Source: the human T2T-CHM13v2.0 reference genome, Homo sapiens
Direction: 5' to 3' (one strand)
Assembly: GCF_009914755.1 (NCBI RefSeq)
Contig: NC_060931.1
DNA length: 64,000 nucleotides
Shown one piece after another: positions 43,733 through 55,632 of this stretch. Position 1 is the stretch's first letter; each line of letters starts with the position of its first letter. The notes below the pieces were generated by a model. That model did no database searches and was not told where the DNA came from. It saw only the letters and a program-made list of their open reading frames with translations. Made by a program: the position numbers and the translations under genes.

Positions 43733-45599
43733 TTCAAATAACTTATTATTTGATATTTTATTAATATTTCTTCAATTAATTTATATTTATTTTAATTTAT
43801 TAAGGATTATATGTGTGACAAAATATACTACAATTTTATGTTATGTACTTATTTTTAATCTGAATTATGTTTTAGTTGAAGTGGACCATACTTGAAGTGC
43901 TATTCTAGAATCCTCTAATATCATGCTATTTGTATTGTTGGTTTTTCACTCAGGCAACACATTCTCAGTCAAAAATGAAAACATTGTAAGAATCGCCCTA
44001 TTATTTCTTAAATATTGAATTTGAGTTAAAGATCTTTCTACAAAGAAACAGAGACAGACAGAGCCAATTGTAGAATCCACTAACACTGAAAAAAAAACTG
44101 ATGAAATTCTATGCCACCTCCTCCAGAAAATAGAATAGATTGAAATGCCTCTCAAATTACTGTGTATATCAGTATTACGATAGTACCAAAAGCAGGCAAA
44201 TGTATTACAAGACAAGCAAACTAATATATAATATTCCCCAGAAAATGAATGAACAGATTTTTAACAAAATTTAGGAAATCAATTACAACAGTATATAAAA
44301 CATGAGGTTTATGCCAGAAATGCAAGTTGGTTTAGCATTTAAAGATAAGTCAATTTAATACAATATATTAATAGATTAGAAGTGAAAAAACATTAAATTT
44401 TCTCAATAGAAGCAGGAAAACCATGTGAAAATACCAACATACGTTCCGGGTAATAACCGTCACCGAATTAGAAACAGTTGGGAATTCCCCCATATTGATC
44501 AATGTCATTCTGAGAAACTTAATAGTGACATAATTTTTAATGGTGCAGCTATTAATGCATCTCCTTCCACCCATCTAAGGGTAGGGAAAAAAAAACAAGG
44601 CTGACTCTCTGACCACTTCTCCTTAATATTGTCTAGTTTGTTTGTTTGTTTTGCTGTTTTCAAATTTTATTTTAGGTTTAGGGAGTAAATGTACAGGTTT
44701 GTTACATGGGTAGATTTCATGTTGCTAGGATTTGATACGCAAATCATTGTGTCACCCAGGTAATGAGTATAGTATTCAATAAATAGTTGTTTTAACTCCC
44801 ACCCTCCTCTCAACCTCCCCACTCAAGTAGGCCCTAGTTTCTATTGTTTCCGTCTTTATGTCCATGTGTACTCAACACTTAGCTCCCGTTTATAAGTGAG
44901 AGCATGTAGTATTTGATTTTCTGTCTCTGTGTTAATTCACTTAGGATAATAGCCTCCAGAGCCATCCATGTTGCTGCAAATTACATGATTTTATTTTATT
45001 TTTAATGGCTGAGTAGTATACCATGCTGTATATGTACTACACTTCCTTTATCCAGTCCGTCTTTGATGGGCATCTAGATTGACTCCATGACTGTGCTACT
45101 GTGAGGAGTGCTGCAATGAATATAATGAATGCATATGTCTTTTGGTTAGAATGATTTATATTCCTTTGGATGTATACCCAGTAATGGGATTTCTGAGTCA
45201 AATGGTATTTCCATTTTAAGTTCTTTGACAAATCTACAAATTTACATTCATATCAGCAGTGTATAAGCATTCCCTTTTATCCATAACCTCACTAACATAT
45301 GATTTGTTTTGTTTCTTTACTTTTTAATAATAGCCATTATGACTGGTATGACACGGTATCTCATTGTGGTTTTTATGTACGCCTCTCTAATTATTAATGG
45401 TCTTGAGCATCTTTTTCATATGCTTGTTGGCCATGTGTATGTATTTTTTTGAGAAGTGTCTGTTCATATCCTTGCTCTTTTTTCAACAGGTTCATTTAAT
45501 TTTTGCTTGCTAATTTGTTCATGTTTCTTATAGATTCTGGATATTAGACTTCTTTAAGATGTATCATTTGCAAATATTTTCTCCTTTTTTTCTGTGCTT

Positions 45600-45835
45600 G
45601 TTTTTCTCTTTCTTTCTCTTTTTCTTCCTCTCTCTCTCTCTCTCTTTTTCCCTTTCTTTTGAGGCAGAGTCTTGCTCTGTCACCCGGACTGGAGTGCAGC
45701 GCCACCACGCCCAGCTAATTTTTTTGTATTTTTAGTAGAGATGGGGTTTCACCATGTTGGTCAGGCTGATCTCGAACTCCTGACCTCAGGTGATCCACCC
45801 ACCTCAGCCTCCCAAAATTCTAGAATTACAGGCAT
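45600..45835 (-). mobile_element. Internally deleted AluS with a CT-rich degenerate tail
   Basis: 'ggagtgcag' joined directly to 'cgccaccacgcccagc' (most of the right arm missing); 5' end truncated. Confidence 0.9.
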
Positions 45836-46546
45836 CATTTTCTTTGATATTTTCTTTTTCTGTGCAGAAGCTCTTTGGTTTAATCGGGTCCCACTTGTCT
45901 ATTTTTGTTTTTGTTGCAACTGTTTTTGGGGACTTCATTGTAAAATCTTTGTCAATACTTATGTTCAGAATGGTATTTCCTAGGTTTTCCTCTAGTGTTT
46001 TAACAGATTTAGGTCTTACATTTAAGTCATTATTCCATTTTAATTTTTGTAAAAGGTGAAAGGAAGGGATCTAGTTAAAATCTTCTGCATGTAACTAGCT
46101 TATTTTTTTTCTCAGCACCATTTGTTGAACAGAGTCCTCTTTTCAATGTCGTCATTGTTGACTTCATAAAAAATCAGATGGTTGTAGGTTTGTAGCTTAA
46201 TTTCTGGGTTCTCAAACCTGTTCCATTGGTCTATGTGTCTGTTTCTGTATCAGTACCGAAACATAGGATTGCTTTGGCTATTTGGGCTCTTTTTTGATTC
46301 CCTCAGAATTTGAGAATATATACATTTTTTCTAATTCTGTGAAAAATGACTTTGACAGTTTGGTAGGAATCAAATCAGTAAATTTCTTTGGGCAGTATGG
46401 CCATTTTAACAATATTGATTCTTCCTATCCATGAGCATGGAACGTATTTCCAATTGTTTGTATTATTTCTGATTTATTTCAGCAGTGTTTTGTAATTCTC
46501 ATTGTAGAGATCTTTCAAATTACTGTTTATTTTTTATTCCCATATA

Positions 46547-47835
46547 TTTAGTTTGTATAAAAGTAATTGCACTTTCGGAACATGAATTTTAAATCATTAT
46601 ATCTAGGCTCAAGCATGTCTTTATTAATCAAAATAGGAAACATATACAAATATTAAAATGGAATAATGACTTAAATGTAATACCTAATTATGTTAAAACT
46701 CTAAAGGAAAACCTAGGAAATACCATTCTGGACATAGGCCTTGACAAATATTTCACAATGAAGTCCCTGAAAACAATTGCTGCAAAAATGAAAATAGACA
46801 AGTGGACCCAATCAAACCAAAAAGCTTCTGCACAGAAAAAGGAAATATAAACAGAGTACACAGAAAGCACAGAGGATCGGAGAAAATATTTGCAAACGAT
46901 ACATCTGAAAGAAGTCAAATATCCAGATCTATAAGAAACTTGAACAAACTACAATGCCTGTGGTCAGCATTGGTCAACAGAAAAGGCCCAATTCTTCTCC
47001 AGGACAATGCCCCACTGCACATCACACAACCAACACTACAAAAGTTGAAGGAATTTGGCCACAAAATTTGCCTCATTCATCACATTCACTGGACCTCTTG
47101 CCAACTGACTACTACTTCTTCAACAATCTCGACAGCGTTCTGCAGGGATTTGCTTCCAAAACCAGCAGGAAGCAAAAAATGCTTTTGAAGAGTTCATCTA
47201 ACCCTGAAGCATGGATTTTTATGCTACAAGAATAAACAAACCTATTTTTCACTGGCAAAAATGTGTTGATTGTAATGGTCCCTCAGCTCAGCTCATGAGA
47301 CACCCACTTACTGGGCTTTTTCAACTTTTCAATTTTCTTCAAATCTGAATGACCATAGAATGGTCAACATTGACCATTGAGTTCTTCGGCATCTTCTCTT
47401 GTAGTTGTAAAAGTATCAGCTTCGATGATTGCTCTTAATTTGTCACTGTCAACTTCTGGCGGCTGGCCACTGAGCTCCACATCTTCAAGCCTCTCAATTT
47501 CTTTGCAAAACTTCTTGAACCGCCACTGCACTGTATGTTCTTGAGCAGTTCCTGGGCTAAATATGTTGGTGATGTTGCGACTTGTCTCCACTGCTTTACA
47601 TTCCATTTTGAATTTGAATTAAAAAACCACTCAAATTTGCTTTTTGTCTAATATCATTTCCATAGTCTAAAATAGACATACACTAAACAGCAAGTGAAAA
47701 AAGAAAAACCCACAAAGTGGGAAATACCCATTAAAATGATGTATAACATAACCAAATTTATTTAAGAATGTATTCAAATATCAAACGGCAAATTCCAACA
47801 ATGCAAAACCTGCAATTACTTTTGCACTCACTTAG
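46547..47835 (-). mobile_element. Rearranged Hsmar1 mariner DNA transposon
   Basis: Both TIRs ('ttagtttgtataaaagtaattgc' and 'gcaattacttttgcactcacttag') flanked by TA; minus ORF 47364-47606 matches the transposase N-terminus (TVQWRFKKFCK...LRAIIEAD); catalytic C-terminal piece (LVNRKGPILLQDNA) lies on the opposite strand at about 46946-47282. Confidence 0.95.
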
Positions 47836-50800
47836 TATTTAATTCTTCTTGTGGCTATTGCAAATGGGATTGTGTTCTTGGTTTGGCTCTCAGCTTGCAT
47901 GTAATTGGTGTATAGAAATATTACTGATTTTTTTACATTGATTTTGTGTCCTAAAACGTTATTGAAATTATTTCTGTTGTAGAAACCTTAAGACAGAAGC
48001 TATGGGTTTATCAAAATATAGAATAATATAGACTGTAGTGAGAGACATTTTTACTTCTCTTCCTATTTGGATGCCATTTATTTATTTTTATTGCCTTGTC
48101 GCATTGACTAGGACTTCTAGTACTATGTGGAAAAGCAGTGGTGAGAATAGGCATTATCATCTTGTTATGGTTCTGAAGGGAAATGCTTACAACTTTTACC
48201 CATTCAGTATGATGTTGGCTGTGGGTATGTCATAGATGGCTCTTACTATTTTAAGGTGTGTATTTTGATGCCTAGTTTCCTGACAGTTTTTAACATAAAG
48301 AGATGTTCAGTTTTATTGAAAGCCTTTTGTGTGTCTATTGAGATGATCATGTGGTCTTTTTTTTTAGTTCCATTTATGTGATGAATCACATTTTTTGAGT
48401 GGCATAGGATGAACCAAACTTGCATCACAGGAATAAAGCCCAGTAGATTGTCATGGATTAGCTTTTTGATGTGCTGTTGGATTCAGTTTGATAGAATTTT
48501 ATTGAGGATATTTTTCATCTTTGTTCATCAGAAACATTGGCCTGAAGTTTTATTAACTGATTGATTGATTGATTGTCTCTTCTAGGATTTGGTATCAAAA
48601 TGATGCTGGCCTCATAAAACAAGTTAGGGAGAAGTCCCTCCATCCTCCTAAATTTTTTGCAGTAATTTCAGTAGGATTAGTCCTAGCTCTTCTGTCTATG
48701 TCTGGTATAATTGAGCTGTTAATCTGTCTGGTCCTGGGCTTCATTTGGTTGGTATTTTTTTATTTTTTACTACTGATTCAATTTTGTAGCTCATTATTTG
48801 TCTGTTCATGGTTTCAATTTCTTCCCAGTACAATTTTGGGAGGTTGTATGTTTTCAGAAATTTATTCATTTCTTGTAGGTTTTCTAGTTTGTGTGAATAG
48901 AGGTGTTTGTAATAGTCTCCAAGTGTTTTATTGTATTTTTGTTGTTATTTCTAATTTTGTTTATTTGGATGATCTCTCTTTTTTCTTTATTAATCTATCT
49001 AGCAGTCTATCAATGTTCTTTCTTCTTTCAGATAACTATCTTTAAGTTTTCTTTATCTTTTGTATAGTTTTTTTCATGTCTCAATTTCATGTAGTTCAGC
49101 TCTGATTTTATGGTTATTTCTTTTCTTCTGCTAGCTTTGAGATTGGTTTGCTCTTATTTTTCTAATTCTTCTCAGTATGATGTTAGGTTGTTAATTTGAT
49201 ATCTGTCCAACTTCTTCATGTAGGCATTTAATGCTTTAAACTTTCCTCTTAACTTTGCTTTAGCTGTGTCCCAGAGATTCTGGAATGTTATGTCTTTGTT
49301 TTCATTAGTTTCAAAGTATTTTTTTTTATTTCTGCCTTAGTTTCATATTTTAACCAAACATCATTCAGAAGCAGGTTGTTTAATTTTTATGTAATTATAT
49401 GTTTTTGAGACATCTTCTTGGTGTTGACTTTTAGTTTTATTGTGCTGTGGTCCTAGAGTGTGTTTGCCTTTTTTTTTATAATTTTTGTGAATTGTTTTAT
49501 GGATGAGTGTGTGCTCAATCTTAAAAGTATGTGCTTTGTGAAGATGAGAAGAATATATATTCTATGGTCGTTGTATGGAATATTTTGTTGATGTCTGTCA
49601 GTCCCATTTGGTCAAGCATCAAGTTTCAGTCCTGAATATCTTTGTTAGTTTTCTGACTCAATGTGTCTAACATTGACAATGGGATGTAGAAGCCTCCTAT
49701 TATTATTTTGTGGGTAAATATCTTTGTAGATATCTGAGAACTTATTTTAGGAATCTGGGTGCTCAACGTTGGGTGCATACATATTTAGAATAGTTAAATC
49801 TTCTTGTTGAATTGAATCTGTTTTCATTATGTAATGCCCTTCTTTATCTTCTTTGGCCATTGGTGGTTTAATGTTTATTTCATCTGAAGTAAGAATAGCA
49901 ATCTCTGCTCTTTTTTGTTTTCCATTTGCTTGAGAGATCCTTCTCCATTCCTGCAGTTTGAATCTATGGGTGTAATTGCATGTGAGATGTGTCTCTTACA
50001 GCAGACAGTTCGGTCTTGTTTCTTCATCCAGCCTTTCACTTTGTGTCTTTTAAGTAGGATGCTTAGCCCAGTGAAAAGTCAATAAATAATATGTGAGGAT
50101 TTGATCCTGTTATTATGTTGTGAACTGGTTATTATGTGGACTTGATTGTATAGTTGCTTCATAATGTCAATGGGCTATGTACTTAAGTGTGTTTTTGTGG
50201 TGGCAGATATTAATCTTTTGTTTCTATGTTTAGCACTCCCATAAGGACCTCTTGTAAGGCAGGTCTGGTGGTAATAAATTCTCTTTATATTTGCTTGTCT
50301 CAAAAGGATTTTATTTCTCCTTTATTTATGAAAGTTACTTTGACTGGATATGAAATTATTGGTTGTAATTTCTTTTCCTTTAGGATACTAAATATAGGCC
50401 CCCAATCTCTTCTGACTTGTAGAGTTTCTGCTAAAGGGTCTGCTGTTAACCTAATGTAGCTCCCTTTGTAATTTACCTGCCCCTTCTCTCTAGCTCCTTT
50501 AAGGTTTCTCCTTTTGCATTGAACTTGGAGAATCTGGTGACTATGTGTCTTGGGAATGGTCACCTTGTGTAGTATCTCACAGAGGTTCTCTGAATTTCCT
50601 GAATTTACCTGTCAACCTCTCTAGTGAGGTTGGGGAAATTTTCATAGATAATATCCTCAAATATGTTTTCCAGGTTGCTTGCTCTCTCCCCATTTTTTTT
50701 CCAGGAATGCCAATGAGTCATAGGTACCGTCTCTTTACATGATCTTTTATTTTTCAGAGGTTTTGTTCATTTTTAAAAATTCTTCTTTCTTTAATTTTGT

Positions 50801-52771
50801 TTGTCTGAATTGATTTGAAGGAATAGTCTTGAGCTCTGTGATTTTCTTAGCTTGCTTTATTCTGTTATTATTGCTTCCAATTGTATTATGAAATTCATGT
50901 ATTTTTTTTTTATTTCCAGATGTTCAGCTTCGTTCTTTCTGGGTATGTCATCATTCAACCCTTGGATTCTTTTGCTGTTTTCCTTGAATTTGATTTCCAC
51001 CTTCTTCTATATCTCATTGAGCTTCCTTGCTGCCCAGGTTCTGAATTCTATATCATTATATCAGCCATTTTTATCTGATTGTTAACAATTGCTGGGAACC
51101 TAGTGTGATTGTTTGGAGGTAAAAGAAGACACTCTGGCTTTTAGAATTGCGAGTAATCTTGCACTGTTTTTTGTTTGTTTGTTTGTTTTCTCATCTGTGT
51201 GGGTGATGGTCCCTTATTCTCTGAAGTTGCTGTACTTTGGATAGGGCTTTTTTGCTTTTATATTCTTTGATGCCCTTGAGGTTCTGACTCTGGTGTAAGT
51301 TGGATTTAGTCAATTGGCTTCATTTCTGGATGTCTTCACAGACTGAGCTCAACACTCCTGGGCTGTGTGCTCTAATCCTGCAGTCCTGAAATCAGGCCCA
51401 TGACTCTTTTTTCTGGCCCCTTGAGGTTAAGGAGATGCTGTTTTGGAGGGGCTGAGGTGCTCCCAGTCCACTAGAAACAACACTGATGGATGCTGCCAGC
51501 AAAAGCAGCCTGATGAAGTAGTGAACAGGCAGTGGGTGTGTGTGCATCAGTGGAGACCCAGTGCAGCCATAGGTGATTGTACACTGGCATGGCAGCAGTG
51601 AGGGGTCCAGGAGCAACTGCACACTAATGGGGGTTGTGGGGGAGCCAAGGGCATGTGCACTGTAATGGGGTGGTATTGGGTTTTTGCTTGCCTGCATGCC
51701 AGCCAGATGGCTGAGGAAAACTGAAGACAAGTGTATGCTGGTGGGGTAAGCTATGGAAAGTACTCACCAGTGGGAGTCCGTCTGTGAAACTGACTTGAGA
51801 GGAAGGCAGGTGCTGTCAACAAAAGACTTAAGGCACTGATCAGTGTCAAGTGCTTTAATAGGGCAGCTGAGGCTACGCTGTAACCTGGTGTGGCCAGGCA
51901 GAGACCTTGGGAGAGGCCAGCATATGGAGAACATTTAGACTAGACTGGCCCTGTCCTGAGGGCAAGATAGCCATGCTCTCTCTAGGTCTGGCAAAGTCTA
52001 ACACCACTTGAAGGAATATGGAGAGCCTTAGTGAATGGGTACTGATGACTGTGCTCCACTGCAGTCATCCCCATGCCAAACCATCTGGGCTCCATGGCTC
52101 CACACAGAATAGAGTTCTGTCTCTGCCAACTCTCTGGAAAGTTCTCCCTATCAACTCAGATATCTGTGGTGGTATTGGGCATCTCTCACTTCTAGGATTC
52201 CAGAGTTCTGTTGACAGTGGGCTGCTCCATACCTGTATCACTCACCCCTTTGCTAGGAGTCACTTGAGGCCAGAAACTAATCCTGGTTCTTGGCAACCCC
52301 ATCCAGAGCTCTTAGTTTCTTTTCTCTTCAGTCCCAGGGTCTGCATCTTTCCTCTATCAACTCTCAATGTCTTCTTTCCAAACATCAGCTTACAGTGTTC
52401 CAGTCTACTTGATACTCTGGTCTCTGTCAATGGGAGAAGTTCTTCCTGGCTGTGTCTAGTCAGCCATCTTGACATTTTCTCTACTCAATATTGTACAAGA
52501 GGTTCTTGATATTGTAATGTCATAAATAAATAGCATCTATATTGAAAATGAGGAAATAAAAAACGTCTTTATTCATGGTTGATATAATCATTGATGAAAA
52601 AAATTCTATGGAATTGACAAAAAGATATTAGTATTACTAAATGAGTTCAATAAGATTACAGGATAAAAACTACTATATAATAAACTATTACCACGAAAAA
52701 TCAATTATGTTTCTATATAGTAGCACTAAGCAATCGAAAATTAATTTTTGATAACACGAGTAAATTAAGAG

Positions 52772-53043
<272 letters not shown>

Positions 53044-54350
53044 GACTAACCAAACCAAGAGTTGGCAAGGATGTGGAGCAACTCGGACTCTCTTTACACT
53101 GGTGGTGGAAACATAGTATGGTACAACTAATTTAGGAAATAGTTGTTAGTTTTGTTTGTCAGTGTGCACTTAGAATATGAACCAGGAACTCCAAGAGAAA
53201 TAAAACGTGTGTCCGTGCAAATACTTATATACAAATTACCATTCCCCACTTTCTTTTTAACAGCTTAACATTGGAAACAATACAAATATCCATTAACAAG
53301 TGAAGGGATAAAAAAATGTGTCAATACTACTCAGGACTAAAATGTAAGGGCTATTTAGAAAAATGTAAATGAATTTCAAAATAATTATGCTGAGTTAAAG
53401 AAGTCAGGTAAAAAAGAGAGTATATTGTATATGATTTAATGCATTTCTAGAAAATGCACAAATTCATTGCGATAAAGAATAGGTCTGTGCTTACCTAGTT
53501 GAGGAAATGAGAAGAGGTGAGAGTGGTGGATTACAAGGGATACATGGAAAATTTTTAAAGTGATGATTATGTTTATTACCTTGATGTGGTCCTGATTTTA
53601 TAGATGTATACATATGTCAAAATTATCCAATAATACATTTTAAATATAGGTAGTTTTGTGTGTCTCAATAATAATTTAATGCAATATATATACGTTAAAA
53701 ATAAGGGATAAACAAAGACTTTGTTTTCAATATTGTATGTACTTACATGTGTGTGTGTTTGTGTACTGTACTATTAATGTGTTTCAGGAATTGAAAGAAT
53801 ATCATTAAGTTATATTCAGAGTAGCTGTTACATTTTTGTCCTCTGCAAACTTCGTTATATGTTAAATATGGTAGAAAGCAACTCTTAAGAGTTTGTCTTT
53901 ATTTTCTTTTCCTCAAATCAACTTAATGCGAGTATTTCTGTAGTGGGAATAGCATAAATGAACACAATTACTCATAAGACAAATATGAATTATGCTTCCT
54001 CATACTAGTGATTCCATTGAAATGATAATTCATTTTAATTCTAGAGCTATACCCTTAATATTAGTCATCACTAACATAACTTGTGTCCTAAATTCAGTTA
54101 TTTTATTAAAATTTATGAAATGTTATTAGCTTTAGCTATGAATTATTTGCCAGAGATATAGCATTATAATAATGCTAATAAATTAGATTATTATTTGCTT
54201 AAAGTTTTATTCTTTAAAACTTGACTACTTAATTATATCTTTCTTATAAAAAGACCACACATTTGTGAAAGCAAACTTGCAGAGTAAGATTTTTCATGGT
54301 TATTGAATCTGCTCTTGTTTGGAATGCATGTTTGATGGTTGGAGCTTATA

Positions 54351-54396
54351 TATATATGTGTGTGTGTATATATATATATACACACACACATATATA
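54351..54396. repeat. Compound microsatellite forming a perfect 46-bp palindrome
   Basis: (TA)3(TG)5(TA)7(CA)5(TA)3 equals its own reverse complement. Confidence 0.95.
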
Positions 54397-55632
54397 GCAT
54401 CATTTGTGATGCATCCAAATATTAAAGACACATTTAAAATCTCAATTTATTTCCAAAGATACCAGAAAAGTGCAGAGCTAAATTTGCAGCCCTATTGTAT
54501 GATGCTGTAATATCTGCCCTCCTAATATTTTCTGTCTTATGTATACTTCCCCTGCACCCATTATGTATTTGCATTGTTCAATTTCATTACCTATATTTAA
54601 ATGATTTTGTAAATTATCTCTATTCTGATGTAATATGGGAGTTTATATATAAAAGAGGAAACATAAAATGTTTAGTACAAAAAAATGCAAAAATAAATGA
54701 TTTACTGAGTTATCTGGAAAGATTTCTTAGATGTTTTGAAGGTATATTTGATAGTTAATGATGACGCTTAGGCTATCTGCTTTCACTAAAAAATCAATTG
54801 CTTTTGTTACCTAGACACATGTATATCACAAAGATTATTATAAGTATATTAGTTTTGATTAGGCTTATTTTGGCTTACATGTATCTCAGAGTGATTCAAA
54901 TGAGCAGATGATTATTCTGATATCACAGCACAGTGGTTGGCAAAAAAGAATCTGCAGTGCTGAACATGTGTGCTGTGAAGATGGACGTACTGGGCCAAAC
55001 CAGAGAGTGCAAAAGGAGAGGAGGAGAACATCTTTGTGAGGATGCCCTGATGAGGAAGTGGCAGTACTGGACAGGTTTAAAATTTTATTGTGTCTTCATC
55101 AGATCATCTATTTTTAAATGAAAAGTCCTGATTGTGGTACAGAGTATCAATAGACATGGTTGGGGAGGTAGATAAAAGATGTACAAGAGGCAGCAAATGA
55201 GGGCCTTTCATTAGCAAAACTTCAGTCTGGCAATCAGAACTTGGGGTAGGTAAAAACATGGCAAGATGTGTTGATTTCTTAAAATGTTTTAGTCATAAAA
55301 TCTTGCTGAGCTTCAGATGACAAACCCATTATTCATTTTTGTGTGATTTTTTTTGTTGATGTTTTCTGTTTTACTGTTTCAGCAATGATATTTTGCCATT
55401 TGATACAATACAGAAAATCCAAACACTTCAAATTTACAACAAATAAATATGTTGTTTTTAGAATACCGTCTTATTGCCTTTAATACAAAATTGCATGACT
55501 AAAGTGAAAACATCTACTAAATATTTCAGTCCTCTCTGAAGCATGGTTTAAAATATCAGAAGTAAATATTAATTTCAACAGTATGTAGATTGTCAACAGT
55601 TTCTATTTGAAAATGTAATTGCAGAGATCATT

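Larger units (their letters stand above)
44633..52483 (-). mobile_element. Near full-length, inactive L1PA15/16-like element with nested Alu and Hsmar1
   Basis: T-rich tail, then 'gtacaggtttgttacatgggta'; ORF1 remnant 50300-50563 (AREKGQVNYKGSYIRLTAD); 5' end 'ctagtcagccatcttg'; imperfect TSD ct(t/c)aatattgt at 44622-44632 and 52484-52494. Confidence 0.92.

Noticed and set aside
48569-49045. 158-aa hydrophobic ORF resembling a membrane protein
   Set aside because: Antisense frame of T-rich L1 ORF2; a compositional artefact.
52018-52509. 163-aa ORF antisense to the L1 5' UTR (ORF0-like position)
   Set aside because: No resemblance to ORF0 that I can recognise; it lies in an old diverged UTR and has no supporting signal.
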